Positions 57,005 through 64,000 of a stretch of DNA of 64,000 nt are shown one piece after another. A program made the translations under genes and the position numbers. This stretch comes from Thermodesulfovibrionales bacterium (GTDB taxonomy: Bacteria > Nitrospirota > Thermodesulfovibrionia > Thermodesulfovibrionales > CALJEL01): assembly GCA_041082235.1 (NCBI GenBank), contig JBDOIG010000059.1, positions 3,234 to 67,233 on the forward strand, in the 5' to 3' direction. Position 1 is the stretch's first letter. The number at the start of each line of letters is the position of its first letter. The notes under the pieces were generated by a model that saw only the letters and a list, made by a program, of their open reading frames with translations, made no database searches and was not told where the DNA came from.

Positions 57005-58140
57005 AAGACCTCTGCCTTCTCTGTAACATATTCACCCTTTAGCTGATTCCATACCAATACCCTCTTTGCAACAGGTGGAATAATCACCATCTCATACTTC
57101 ATGGGGAATATATCCTTTGACCTCTCCCTTTCAGGGATTGCCTTATCAAGGCCGCATTCCTCAGACATAAGACCATATTTACCTGGCACACCACCCACAA
57201 CACCTGGCCTCAGTTTCTTTGAATCCTGTACCATAAAACATGTGCCATCAGGAGTGAAACCAATCACGCAGTTAGGACCATCTATGCAGAGAGGCCTGAG
57301 GGAATATCTGATTAGATTGAGTGCCTCCCTATCAGGTCTCCCCTCAATCTCTGAAGGTTTAAGTGGTGTTATTACATCCTTGTAATAAGTAAGAGGAAAT
57401 CCAAGCTGTCTGTGGACATAATGTAATATATGTGTGAATACCTCGCTATCACTGTTATAACCTATATAGCCAGGAAAACCCCTTGACATGAGAAATTCCC
57501 TTATAGGAACAAAGGCTGTGTTTTCACCATTTGTCATAGAGGCATATCCCTGAATAAAAAAGGGATGGCAGGCATAGAGATTTATTGCATAATTGGTATT
57601 CTGCCTTCCCTGGGCAAATATGATCCTTGCCTTGAGGTCACTATGGTCAAGCCCAAAGAACTCAGCAAGCTCAAGAGGATCACCAACCTCTTTTAAAGTT
57701 AAGACATCAGGATAAAAGGAGAATACCACAATGGATTCATCAGCCTCTCCCATTGCCCTGAGGGTTAGCCTTGTTCTCATAAGAAGGTCTTCTTTCTCTT
57801 TAAAGGATTTTTCTTTATAAGAGTCTGGATAGTCATAGACCCTTGCAAAATAATAATCCCTCGGTACTATCCCTCTTACAGATATTATCTTTGGTGTCCA
57901 GACATGTTTGAGCCTAAAACCGAGCCTATCCATATATTCATCAAGGAGCTTTATACCCTTTAAAGAGCATATCCCTGAGAGTATAGGATATTCCTTGAGC
58001 TCCTCAAACTCTCCTCCGAGATCCTTAAGCATAAGGCCCATACCAGAGCCATCATGGCCTTCCTTCATGGTCTCAAGGCTCAGGACATTCTCCATCGGAG
58101 AGAAATATTCCTCTGATGTTATGGCAGCCAGTCTGCACAT
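56992..58140 (-). CDS. class-II (Ntn) glutamine amidotransferase, GltB domain-1-like
   Basis: The start is placed at ATG 58140, giving MCRLAAI with Cys directly after Met (the Ntn nucleophile), and GAGG lies 8 nt upstream. The longer 58170 start would read through a terminator hairpin. Confidence 0.8.
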   Translation of the reverse strand: MCRLAAITSEEYFSPMENVLSLETMKEGHDGSGMGLMLKDLGGEFEELKEYPILSGICSLKGIKLLDEYMDRLGFRLKHVWTPKIISVRGIVPRDYYFARVYDYPDSYKEKSFKEKEDLLMRTRLTLRAMGEADESIVVFSFYPDVLTLKEVGDPLELAEFFGLDHSDLKARIIFAQGRQNTNYAINLYACHPFFIQGYASMTNGENTAFVPIREFLMSRGFPGYIGYNSDSEVFTHILHYVHRQLGFPLTYYKDVITPLKPSEIEGRPDREALNLIRYSLRPLCIDGPNCVIGFTPDGTCFMVQDSKKLRPGVVGGVPGKYGLMSEECGLDKAIPERERSKDIFPMKYEMVIIPPVAKRVLVWNQLKGEYVTEKAEVLCQV

Positions 58141-58153
58141 CTCGTAACCTCTA

Positions 58154-58191
58154 CAGAAAAAAATAGGCAAACGGCAATCGTTTGCCTATTT
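58154..58191 (-). terminator. Intrinsic terminator / possible leader attenuator directly upstream of the GOGAT genes
   Basis: On the minus strand the 13-bp stem AAATAGGCAAACG / CGTTTGCCTATTT has a 5-nt loop and is followed by TTTTTTT. It ends about 14 nt before the ATG at 58140. Confidence 0.65.
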
Positions 58192-58221
58192 ATATTAAAA
58201 CAAATTTTAGTAAAAAACAAC

Positions 58222-58440
58222 TACCGCGACAGTAACTGCTGATAGAATGTTACAAGTCACCTTAAAATAAAATGGGCAGGATGCTGAAAAGGCTTTACTG
58301 CGACACCTTGATGTAAGGTTATTAATCAACTTGCTATACATATCTGACTTCACCATTGGTGAAAAACCTCTTGCTACATAATAAATAAACATTGTCGCTT
58401 TGTAAGGCTTTGAGGCAGCCTGTCCATTTTCTATCGGCAT
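58222..58440 (-). repeat. Full-length nested-palindromic intergenic repeat (second full copy)
   Basis: The reverse complement reads ATGCCGATAGAAAATGGACAGGCTGCCTCAAAGCCTTACAAAGCGACAATG...TTTTTCACCAATGGTGAAGT...AAGGTGTCGCAGTAAAGCCTTTTCAGCATCCTGCCCATTTTATTTTAAGGTGACTTG...TTCTATCAGCAG. It aligns along its length with 11671..11877. Confidence 0.8.
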
Positions 58441-58447
58441 CTATGGC

Positions 58448-58801
<354 letters not shown>

Positions 58802-60142
58802 TTATATATGAAGATTGTAAGCCTTTTCACCATGCTGGCTTTCATCAAGCCCGATTATCTCATCATTTACATGTGGTCTAAGACCAGTTAGAATCTTTAT
58901 AACAAACAGTATGATAAATGTCATGGCACCTGAATAGGCTATTGTGACTGTAATTCCTATAGCCTGTTTATATAGCTGGCCTGGATTTCCATAAAGTAAG
59001 CCTCTACCGAGTTCATTCATCTCGGGATCTGCAAAAACACCAGTAAGAAGTGCTCCAAGGATTCCAGCAACTCCATGGATACCAAAGACATCAAGGGTAT
59101 CGTCATATCCAAAGAGCGTTTTAATCTTTGTTACTGAAAAGAATGAAATTATGCCAGCCAGCAACCCGATCACCAATGCCCCTGTGATATTGACAAATCC
59201 TGCTGCAGGTGTTATTGCTACAAGCCCTGCTACTGCACCAGAGCAGAGTCCGAGAAGGGTTGGTTTCTTGGAGAATATCCATTCAGTAAAGAGCCATGAA
59301 AGGGCTGCCATTGCTGTTGCTGTATTTGTATTTATAAAAGCTACTCCAGCAAGACCACCTGCACTAAGGGCAGAGCCTGCATTAAAACCAAACCATCCAA
59401 ACCAGAGAAGTCCTGTTCCTGTTAGAACCATGGTAAGATTGTGCGGGATAAGGGTCGTATCTTTTCTTTTACCGATCATTAATGCGCCAATAAGGGCAGC
59501 AATACCAGCATTTATATGGACAACTGTTCCTCCTGCAAAATCAAGGGCTCCAAGGGCTCCTATGAAACCTCCACCCCATACCCAGTGGCAGATAGGTAGA
59601 TACACAAGACTCATCCACAGAATTGAAAAGAGCAGCCAGGCAGAGAACTTTAGTCTTTCTATATAGGCACCACTAACAAGTGCCACTGTAATGGCAGCAA
59701 AGGTAAGCTGGTACCCAATGAATATATATTCAGGTATAGTCCTTGCTACCTCAGCAATGCTCTTTACAGTTACATCTTTAAGAAAGGCCTTCACAGGAGC
59801 ACCTATTAAACCGCTTAAGTCAGGTCCAAAGGAAAAACTATAACCATAGATTATCCAGAGTATGCTTGTTACTGAGTAGGCAATGAATGACATGGTCATG
59901 GTATTAAGGGTATCCTTCCTCTTTGCCAGACCTCCATAAAATAGTGCCAATCCAGGCAGTGTCATGAGCATCACCAGTGCAGTGGCAACTATCATCCAGG
60001 CAGTGTCTCCTGTGTCTATCTTTGTCTCAGCCTGTTCTGCTATTGCTGGAGTTGAAGGGGCAGACACCTGCTCTTCTGCAAGGGCAAGACCTCCTCTGCA
60101 GAGAAGGGTTAATAATACTAATATGCTCATCAGTCTTTTCAT
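58802..60142 (-). CDS. amtB: ammonium transporter
   Basis: It has the Amt signatures DFAGGTVVHINAG and DDTLDVFGIHGVAGILGAL. The start is placed at ATG 60142 (MKRLMSILVLL signal-like N-terminus). Confidence 0.92.
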   Translation of the reverse strand: MKRLMSILVLLTLLCRGGLALAEEQVSAPSTPAIAEQAETKIDTGDTAWMIVATALVMLMTLPGLALFYGGLAKRKDTLNTMTMSFIAYSVTSILWIIYGYSFSFGPDLSGLIGAPVKAFLKDVTVKSIAEVARTIPEYIFIGYQLTFAAITVALVSGAYIERLKFSAWLLFSILWMSLVYLPICHWVWGGGFIGALGALDFAGGTVVHINAGIAALIGALMIGKRKDTTLIPHNLTMVLTGTGLLWFGWFGFNAGSALSAGGLAGVAFINTNTATAMAALSWLFTEWIFSKKPTLLGLCSGAVAGLVAITPAAGFVNITGALVIGLLAGIISFFSVTKIKTLFGYDDTLDVFGIHGVAGILGALLTGVFADPEMNELGRGLLYGNPGQLYKQAIGITVTIAYSGAMTFIILFVIKILTGLRPHVNDEIIGLDESQHGEKAYNLHI

Positions 60143-60171
60143 TTCATCCTCCTGTTTTGAATCATATAGTT

Positions 60172-61269
60172 TTACCATGTATACATCACGCCAAGGGCGA
60201 TTGTATCCTGTGTCTTTTTATCTCCAGAATCAAATACCTCTTTATCAGACCAGTCATGTCTGTATTCCGGTCTTAAGATAAATGACCTCGCTATTCTGAA
60301 TTCAGGTGTTAAGGTTATCTCCTTCAATGTCTGAGGTGTCCCTGTCCTTATACCCTTATCGTCCTTGAAATACTCACTCCTCAGAGAAAGACTGTAGGAA
60401 TCGTTAAAGTCATATTTCGCTATTAAAGCAATACCATACCACTTTGCGTCACTTCCATCAGGAGTTGCCTTTTCTTCTGTAGCGTAATCTACATTCAGGA
60501 TAAATGATAAAGCCTTTGCTGGTTTGATAGTCCCAACCCAGTCAAAGAGTAATCTGTTGTTTGAGCTGTTATTGTCCTGTTCAGGTCCATACATAAGATT
60601 AAATGTAAATGCAAGCTGCTCCATTGGTGTATAGCCAACACTCATACCCGCTGTCTTTCCCTTATTGTTATCATCTGTCTTATCCCATCCGTTTACTATG
60701 TGAAGGGATGCACTGAGGGCATCAGAAAAGGGATAACTTATTTTCAGTCCTGTATGGGTAAATGGTATTGCATAATTAAAGAGAAAGGAACGGGAATAAT
60801 TCGGATTATCCTTTGCCTCTATCACCTCAGCACCATGAAATGTGACAAACTTACCAAAATCAAACCTTAAACCCTTTCCAAGAGGAGCTATATAGCTTAG
60901 ATATGCCTCTGTAAGGTCAAATGAATCATCCGGAGCGCCAAGTCCTCGGGAATGTATCAACTTTGCTGTCTCGCCTGCTGAGAGCTGAAGTTTAAAACCA
61001 GCTTCACCAACGGAAGCCTCTTTTGTAAATACCAGCTGGGCAAGGTCAAGGGTAAAAGAGTTTGACTTATGGTCAAATATCCTTAATTCATTTTCCTGTG
61101 AATCAGGATTTCTGAAATTATAAGTATAACCACCCTGTAGATACACACTCAAGCCAAGCAATTTTTTAATATCATCCGCTGTCAGAGCAATAACCTTTTC
61201 CTCCGCACATAAAACAGTTGCCTGAAGAATAAAGGCAATCAATGAAACCAGAACCTTTACACCTTTCAT
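60172..61269 (-). CDS. outer-membrane beta-barrel porin (OmpL-like/bbp2-type)
   Basis: 365 aa with a signal peptide and an alternating amphipathic beta-strand pattern. The C-terminus ...RPEYRHDWSD...TIALGVMYTW ends in an aromatic residue. Confidence 0.7.
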   Translation of the reverse strand: MKGVKVLVSLIAFILQATVLCAEEKVIALTADDIKKLLGLSVYLQGGYTYNFRNPDSQENELRIFDHKSNSFTLDLAQLVFTKEASVGEAGFKLQLSAGETAKLIHSRGLGAPDDSFDLTEAYLSYIAPLGKGLRFDFGKFVTFHGAEVIEAKDNPNYSRSFLFNYAIPFTHTGLKISYPFSDALSASLHIVNGWDKTDDNNKGKTAGMSVGYTPMEQLAFTFNLMYGPEQDNNSSNNRLLFDWVGTIKPAKALSFILNVDYATEEKATPDGSDAKWYGIALIAKYDFNDSYSLSLRSEYFKDDKGIRTGTPQTLKEITLTPEFRIARSFILRPEYRHDWSDKEVFDSGDKKTQDTIALGVMYTW

Positions 61270-61311
61270 TGAAAACCTCCAAAGTTTTATTCCATGCAGG
61301 AAACCTGCGTC

Positions 61312-61521
61312 TCAACCCTTTTCTTTTTGATAGTGCTTAATTACTTTCTGTTTTTCTTCCTCCCTTTTTATTCCGTATTTCCTAATCTTGTAACCGATCA
61401 TTCTTTCTGTTATGCCGACCTTTCTTGCTGCCTTTGCCATAACCCAGTTGCACTCCTTAAGGGCATTGATTATCTCCTGCCTCTCTATCTCTTTTACCTT
61501 ATCCTTTAGCGAATTGTTCAT
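61312..61521 (-). CDS. stand-alone Fis-type HTH DNA-binding protein (NtrC C-terminal-domain-like)
   Basis: 69 aa. EIERQEIINALKECNWVMAKAARKVGITERMIGYKIRKYGI matches the HTH_8 pattern (N...AA..LGI.R..L.YK..KYGI). Confidence 0.7.
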   Translation of the reverse strand: MNNSLKDKVKEIERQEIINALKECNWVMAKAARKVGITERMIGYKIRKYGIKREEEKQKVIKHYQKEKG

Positions 61522-61535
61522 TTATTGCTTTTAGA

Positions 61536-61551
61536 AGCCAGAATTGTGCCA
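61536..61551 (-). promoter_or_regulatory. candidate sigma-54 (-24/-12) promoter
   Basis: The minus strand reads TGGCACAATTCTGGCT against the consensus TGGCACG-N4-TTGCW, with exact GG/GC spacing and one mismatch in the -12 box. It lies 15 nt upstream of the Fis-HTH start. Confidence 0.5.
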
Positions 61552-61840
61552 CCCTGCAAATCATTGATTTATAAAGAAATCTTGGCAGAAATGTTGATAC
61601 AATTTTGTAGATTACTACAATTTTGTGGGATATTGTTAGGAAATCATATGATATAATACCTGCTATGAAGACTATTGAGATTCCAAAAAGGCTTCTCTGG
61701 GATTATAAGGAGGCTCTAGAGGATTGCAGATTTCTTTCCCGCCTAATGGGATACTTTTTATATACCTGAGAAATTCTTAAAGTCATTTCCCTTTGTAAAG
61801 GAGATAACACATACCATCTGGCAATGAAGGTTGGATATCG

Positions 61841-61871
61841 AACAAAAATAGGCGGCTTATAAGCCGCCTAT
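61841..61871 (-). terminator. Intrinsic terminator downstream of the nrfA-like remnant
   Basis: On the minus strand ATAGGCGGC-TTATAA-GCCGCCTAT is followed by TTTTGTT. Confidence 0.65.
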
Positions 61872-61899
61872 TGCTGTAGTACCAATGCAGCCTTTCTCT

Positions 61900-62151
61900 T
61901 TACCGAGGGCTTAAATCCCGTCTTTCCGTCTTTGTCTTATACCTTTCTGCAACAATTGCATCAATTCTTGCCATATCAAACTCTGGCGGAGTCGCACCTG
62001 CCTTCAGTATTGCCTCTTTCGCCAGCATCTCGGCCTGCCTGCCCTGGTCAAGGGCGTCACCAAGCACCCGCAGCGCCTCTGGCGGATTATGAAAGCCCAT
62101 GCTGTTTTCAGCACCTATCCATGTATTGCGGTAATATGCTGTCTGTTTTCT
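61900..62151 (-). pseudogene. 3'-terminal remnant (about 83 codons) of a cytochrome c nitrite reductase (NrfA-family) gene
   Basis: The translation ..YYRNTWIGAENSMGFHNPPEALRVLGDALDQGRQAEMLAKEAI.. matches the NrfA C-terminal helix region (compare E. coli ...[31 protein letters not shown]...). The frame is closed by TGA just upstream, no haem motifs or N-terminal part are present, and the GC content is locally higher. Confidence 0.55.
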
Positions 62152-62195
62152 TCAAATTTACTTTACGACTACAAAACATATATCAGCAATTATCG

Positions 62196-62411
62196 CTAAA
62201 ATGGAGAGCAAAAAATAATAAAATAATTGACATTCTCAGGAGATTTTCTAATGGAAGAAAGGAGATAGACCATAACCTCCCTGTCTTCATCTGTAAGGCA
62301 TGCATTTGCCTTTAACTTTTCAATCAACTGGAAATCTTCAATTGCCTTTTTCCTTTTCTCTGAGATGTAATACCTGTAAAGGAAAAAGACCATATAACCT
62401 ATTGCTCCCAC
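62196..62411 (-). CDS. hypothetical small protein / possible gene remnant
   Basis: It is a 71-codon GTG-initiated ORF. The same frame is open further upstream (two hydrophobic helices) but has no ATG/GTG/TTG start there. I recognise no family. Confidence 0.25.
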   Translation of the reverse strand: MGAIGYMVFFLYRYYISEKRKKAIEDFQLIEKLKANACLTDEDREVMVYLLSSIRKSPENVNYFIIFCSPF

Positions 62412-62557
62412 ATACCATACAGGCCTGACCCATGATGGCTCAAGTCGCTGAAAGACTATAATCGCCTTGAAGGCAATTGCCGAGATAATGCCCAGTGCAA
62501 AGAAGCAGTAAATTATTGATGGAGAAAGGGTATGGGGTTTTTGCTATTCATAAGTTA

Positions 62558-63655
62558 TTATCTTAACACAAAGAGCCTCTCTGGCCTTAGTGATACAGTG
62601 GCAGGCATTAATGGTCTGGCAGATAATTTTGAAAGGGCATAATCAGGCATGATTATCTCAACAAGTTCAGTGGATCTATCAGGTTTAAATATCACAATTG
62701 AGTTTGAGCCAGTAGGATATATTTCTTTTATAATGCCTGTGAGGAGATTCTCTTTTCTCATTGGCAGATCAGGTCTTAATATAATGACATCCTCACTCCT
62801 TATACCAAAGGTCACTTTGTCTCTTTGTTTTCTGTTTTCTATGTTGCCTTTTATCCTGTTAGCGGGTATTATGACCTCTGCATTGAGGGCATTACAGTAA
62901 GTTTTATAATAGCTGCCTTCTTTGCCCATTATTTCAGCCTCAAAGATGTTCTTGATGCCAAAGAATCTTACCACTTCAAGATCGGATGGATTCCGATAAA
63001 CCACATCTTTTCTATCGCTCTGGTGGATTCTGCCATCAATCATAACACTAATATAATCAGCGAGGAAAAATGCCTCCTCAAGGTCATGGCTTACCATAAG
63101 AATGGTTAATTGATATCTTCTTTGTAATTCCTTAAGCAAAAACCACAACTCCTTCTTCATCCCCTCATGAAGGGCTGATAAAGGCTCATCAAGCAGAAGA
63201 TATCTATGCCCCGGCGCAAGCGCTCTGGCAAGTGCAACCCGCTGTCTTTCACCGCCGCTGAGATTAACAGCCTTTCTCTTAAGAAGATGGGATATGCCCA
63301 ATGATTCTGCTATTTCAAGACCAGCCTCATATCTGTTTTCTTTGTCCGAAACGGCTCCGTGCTTTATGCCGTAAAAGATATTATCCTTAACTGTAAGATG
63401 AGGAAATATTGCCAGGTCTTGCGGCACATAAGAGAACCCCCTCTCATGCACCGGTAGATTTGTGATCTCTTTGCCGTCAAGCATAATCGTTCCTTCTTTA
63501 ATCTTTCTTAAACCCAGTGTTGCCTCAAGAAGGGTAGTTTTCCCGCAACCTGTAGGTCCTATCAGACAGTGGCATGAGCCAGACTCTACGATGAGCGATA
63601 TATCTTTTAGATCGAATCCTTTTGTTTGAACGAAAAGACTCTTTACCTCTATCAT
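62558..63655 (-). CDS. molybdate/tungstate/sulfate-type ABC transporter ATP-binding protein with C-terminal TOBE-like domain
   Basis: 365 aa with GPTGCGKTTLL, LSGGERQRVALARA, LLLDEPLSALH and a C-terminal beta-rich region of about 120 aa. Confidence 0.85.
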   Translation of the reverse strand: MIEVKSLFVQTKGFDLKDISLIVESGSCHCLIGPTGCGKTTLLEATLGLRKIKEGTIMLDGKEITNLPVHERGFSYVPQDLAIFPHLTVKDNIFYGIKHGAVSDKENRYEAGLEIAESLGISHLLKRKAVNLSGGERQRVALARALAPGHRYLLLDEPLSALHEGMKKELWFLLKELQRRYQLTILMVSHDLEEAFFLADYISVMIDGRIHQSDRKDVVYRNPSDLEVVRFFGIKNIFEAEIMGKEGSYYKTYCNALNAEVIIPANRIKGNIENRKQRDKVTFGIRSEDVIILRPDLPMRKENLLTGIIKEIYPTGSNSIVIFKPDRSTELVEIIMPDYALSKLSARPLMPATVSLRPERLFVLR

Positions 63656-64000
63656 TAAACCGTTCCTTTTTTTGTTAACAGCCTCACTCCGTAAAGGGTC
63701 GTAAGACCTATCGCAATGAGGATAAGGATAAGGACAACAGTGCCCTCAATGTCGGCAGTTGCAAGTCTCATGAATATAGCAATCGGCAGGGTCTCTGTCC
63801 TCATCGCCATAGAGCCTGCTATCGTGATTGTAGCACCGAATTCTCCTATTGCCTTTGCCCAGGTAAGCACAGATGCGGCTATAATGCCCTTTTTACTGAG
63901 TGGAAGCGTTACTGTCAGGAATGCCTTGAATGGAGACGCACCGAGAGAGCGGGCCACATCTTCGTATCTGGCAGGGATTTCATCCATCGCTGCCTTAATG
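63655..64000 (-). CDS. ModB/CysT-type ABC transporter permease (C-terminal part; gene continues beyond the window)
   Basis: It has the EAA-loop region ...YEDVARSLGASPFKAFLTVTLPL... followed by FGATITIAGS...TETLPIAIF. The frame is open to the window edge. Confidence 0.8.
   Translation of the reverse strand, partial: IKAAMDEIPARYEDVARSLGASPFKAFLTVTLPLSKKGIIAASVLTWAKAIGEFGATITIAGSMAMRTETLPIAIFMRLATADIEGTVVLILILIAIGLTTLYGVRLLTKKGTV

Noticed and set aside
58207-58440. 77-aa ORF on the minus strand filling the glnK-GOGAT spacer
   Set aside because: It lies entirely inside the palindromic repeat. The homologous copy at 11671-11877 has indels and stops in the same frame, so the conservation is at the nucleotide or structure level and not coding.
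61582-61598. Plus-strand sigma-54-like sequence TGGCAGAAATGTTGAT
   Set aside because: It has a poor -12 box (TTGAT) and no downstream plus-strand gene. The minus-strand element at 61536-61551 fits better in both sequence and context.
61932-62315. 127-aa plus-strand ORF
   Set aside because: It is antisense to the NrfA-like remnant, whose translation has clear family similarity. It has no motifs and is probably an artefact of the GC-richer segment.

Overview
This is a 64-kb stretch of a moderately AT-rich bacterial chromosome, with frequent AGA/AGG Arg and ATA Ile codons. The gene content includes multihaem c-type cytochromes, a split 'archaeal-type' glutamate synthase, LarB, an AmmeMemoRadiSam radical-SAM enzyme, PPDK and many PAS/GAF/HD-GYP signalling proteins. 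That points to an anaerobe of the Nitrospirota/Thermodesulfovibrionia or Desulfobacterota kind, but this is inference only. I support about 65 protein genes, one tRNA-Val(GAC), one TPP riboswitch, several intrinsic terminators and one candidate sigma-54 promoter. Most of the window is core housekeeping. It holds gatC-panD-argS-hpt-queD, glgB/glgC, gltX-gpsA-larB, trxA, ffh-rpsP-KH-trmD-rplS-rnhB, ychF, ppdK, thiSGEC, GOGAT, amtB-glnK and the end of a modBC-like transporter. I saw no CRISPR array, transposase, integrase or phage genes, and no classical defence island. Six things are not explained by ordinary annotation. (1) A dense family of modular, nested-palindromic intergenic repeats (REPIN/BIME- or MITE-like) sits at 8 or more loci, alongside a second family of GC-clamped mini-hairpins that supply stop codons and abut ribosome-binding sites. 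(2) A Clp1/Grc3-type P-loop polynucleotide-kinase homologue is translationally coupled to thiC inside a TPP-riboswitch operon, next to HD and macro-domain genes. (3) A sensor kinase carries a CXXCH haem-c motif in its periplasmic domain and is co-operonic with two orphan periplasmic binding proteins. (4) A PAS-Cys4-GAF-GAF sensor has no output domain. (5) A candidate sigma-54 operon encodes Fis-HTH, porin, amtB and glnK, followed by a leader terminator directly in front of the split GOGAT genes. (6) A small gene-decay patch contains an nrfA 3' remnant. All protein calls come from my own motif recognition on the supplied translations. No database search or folding program was run.
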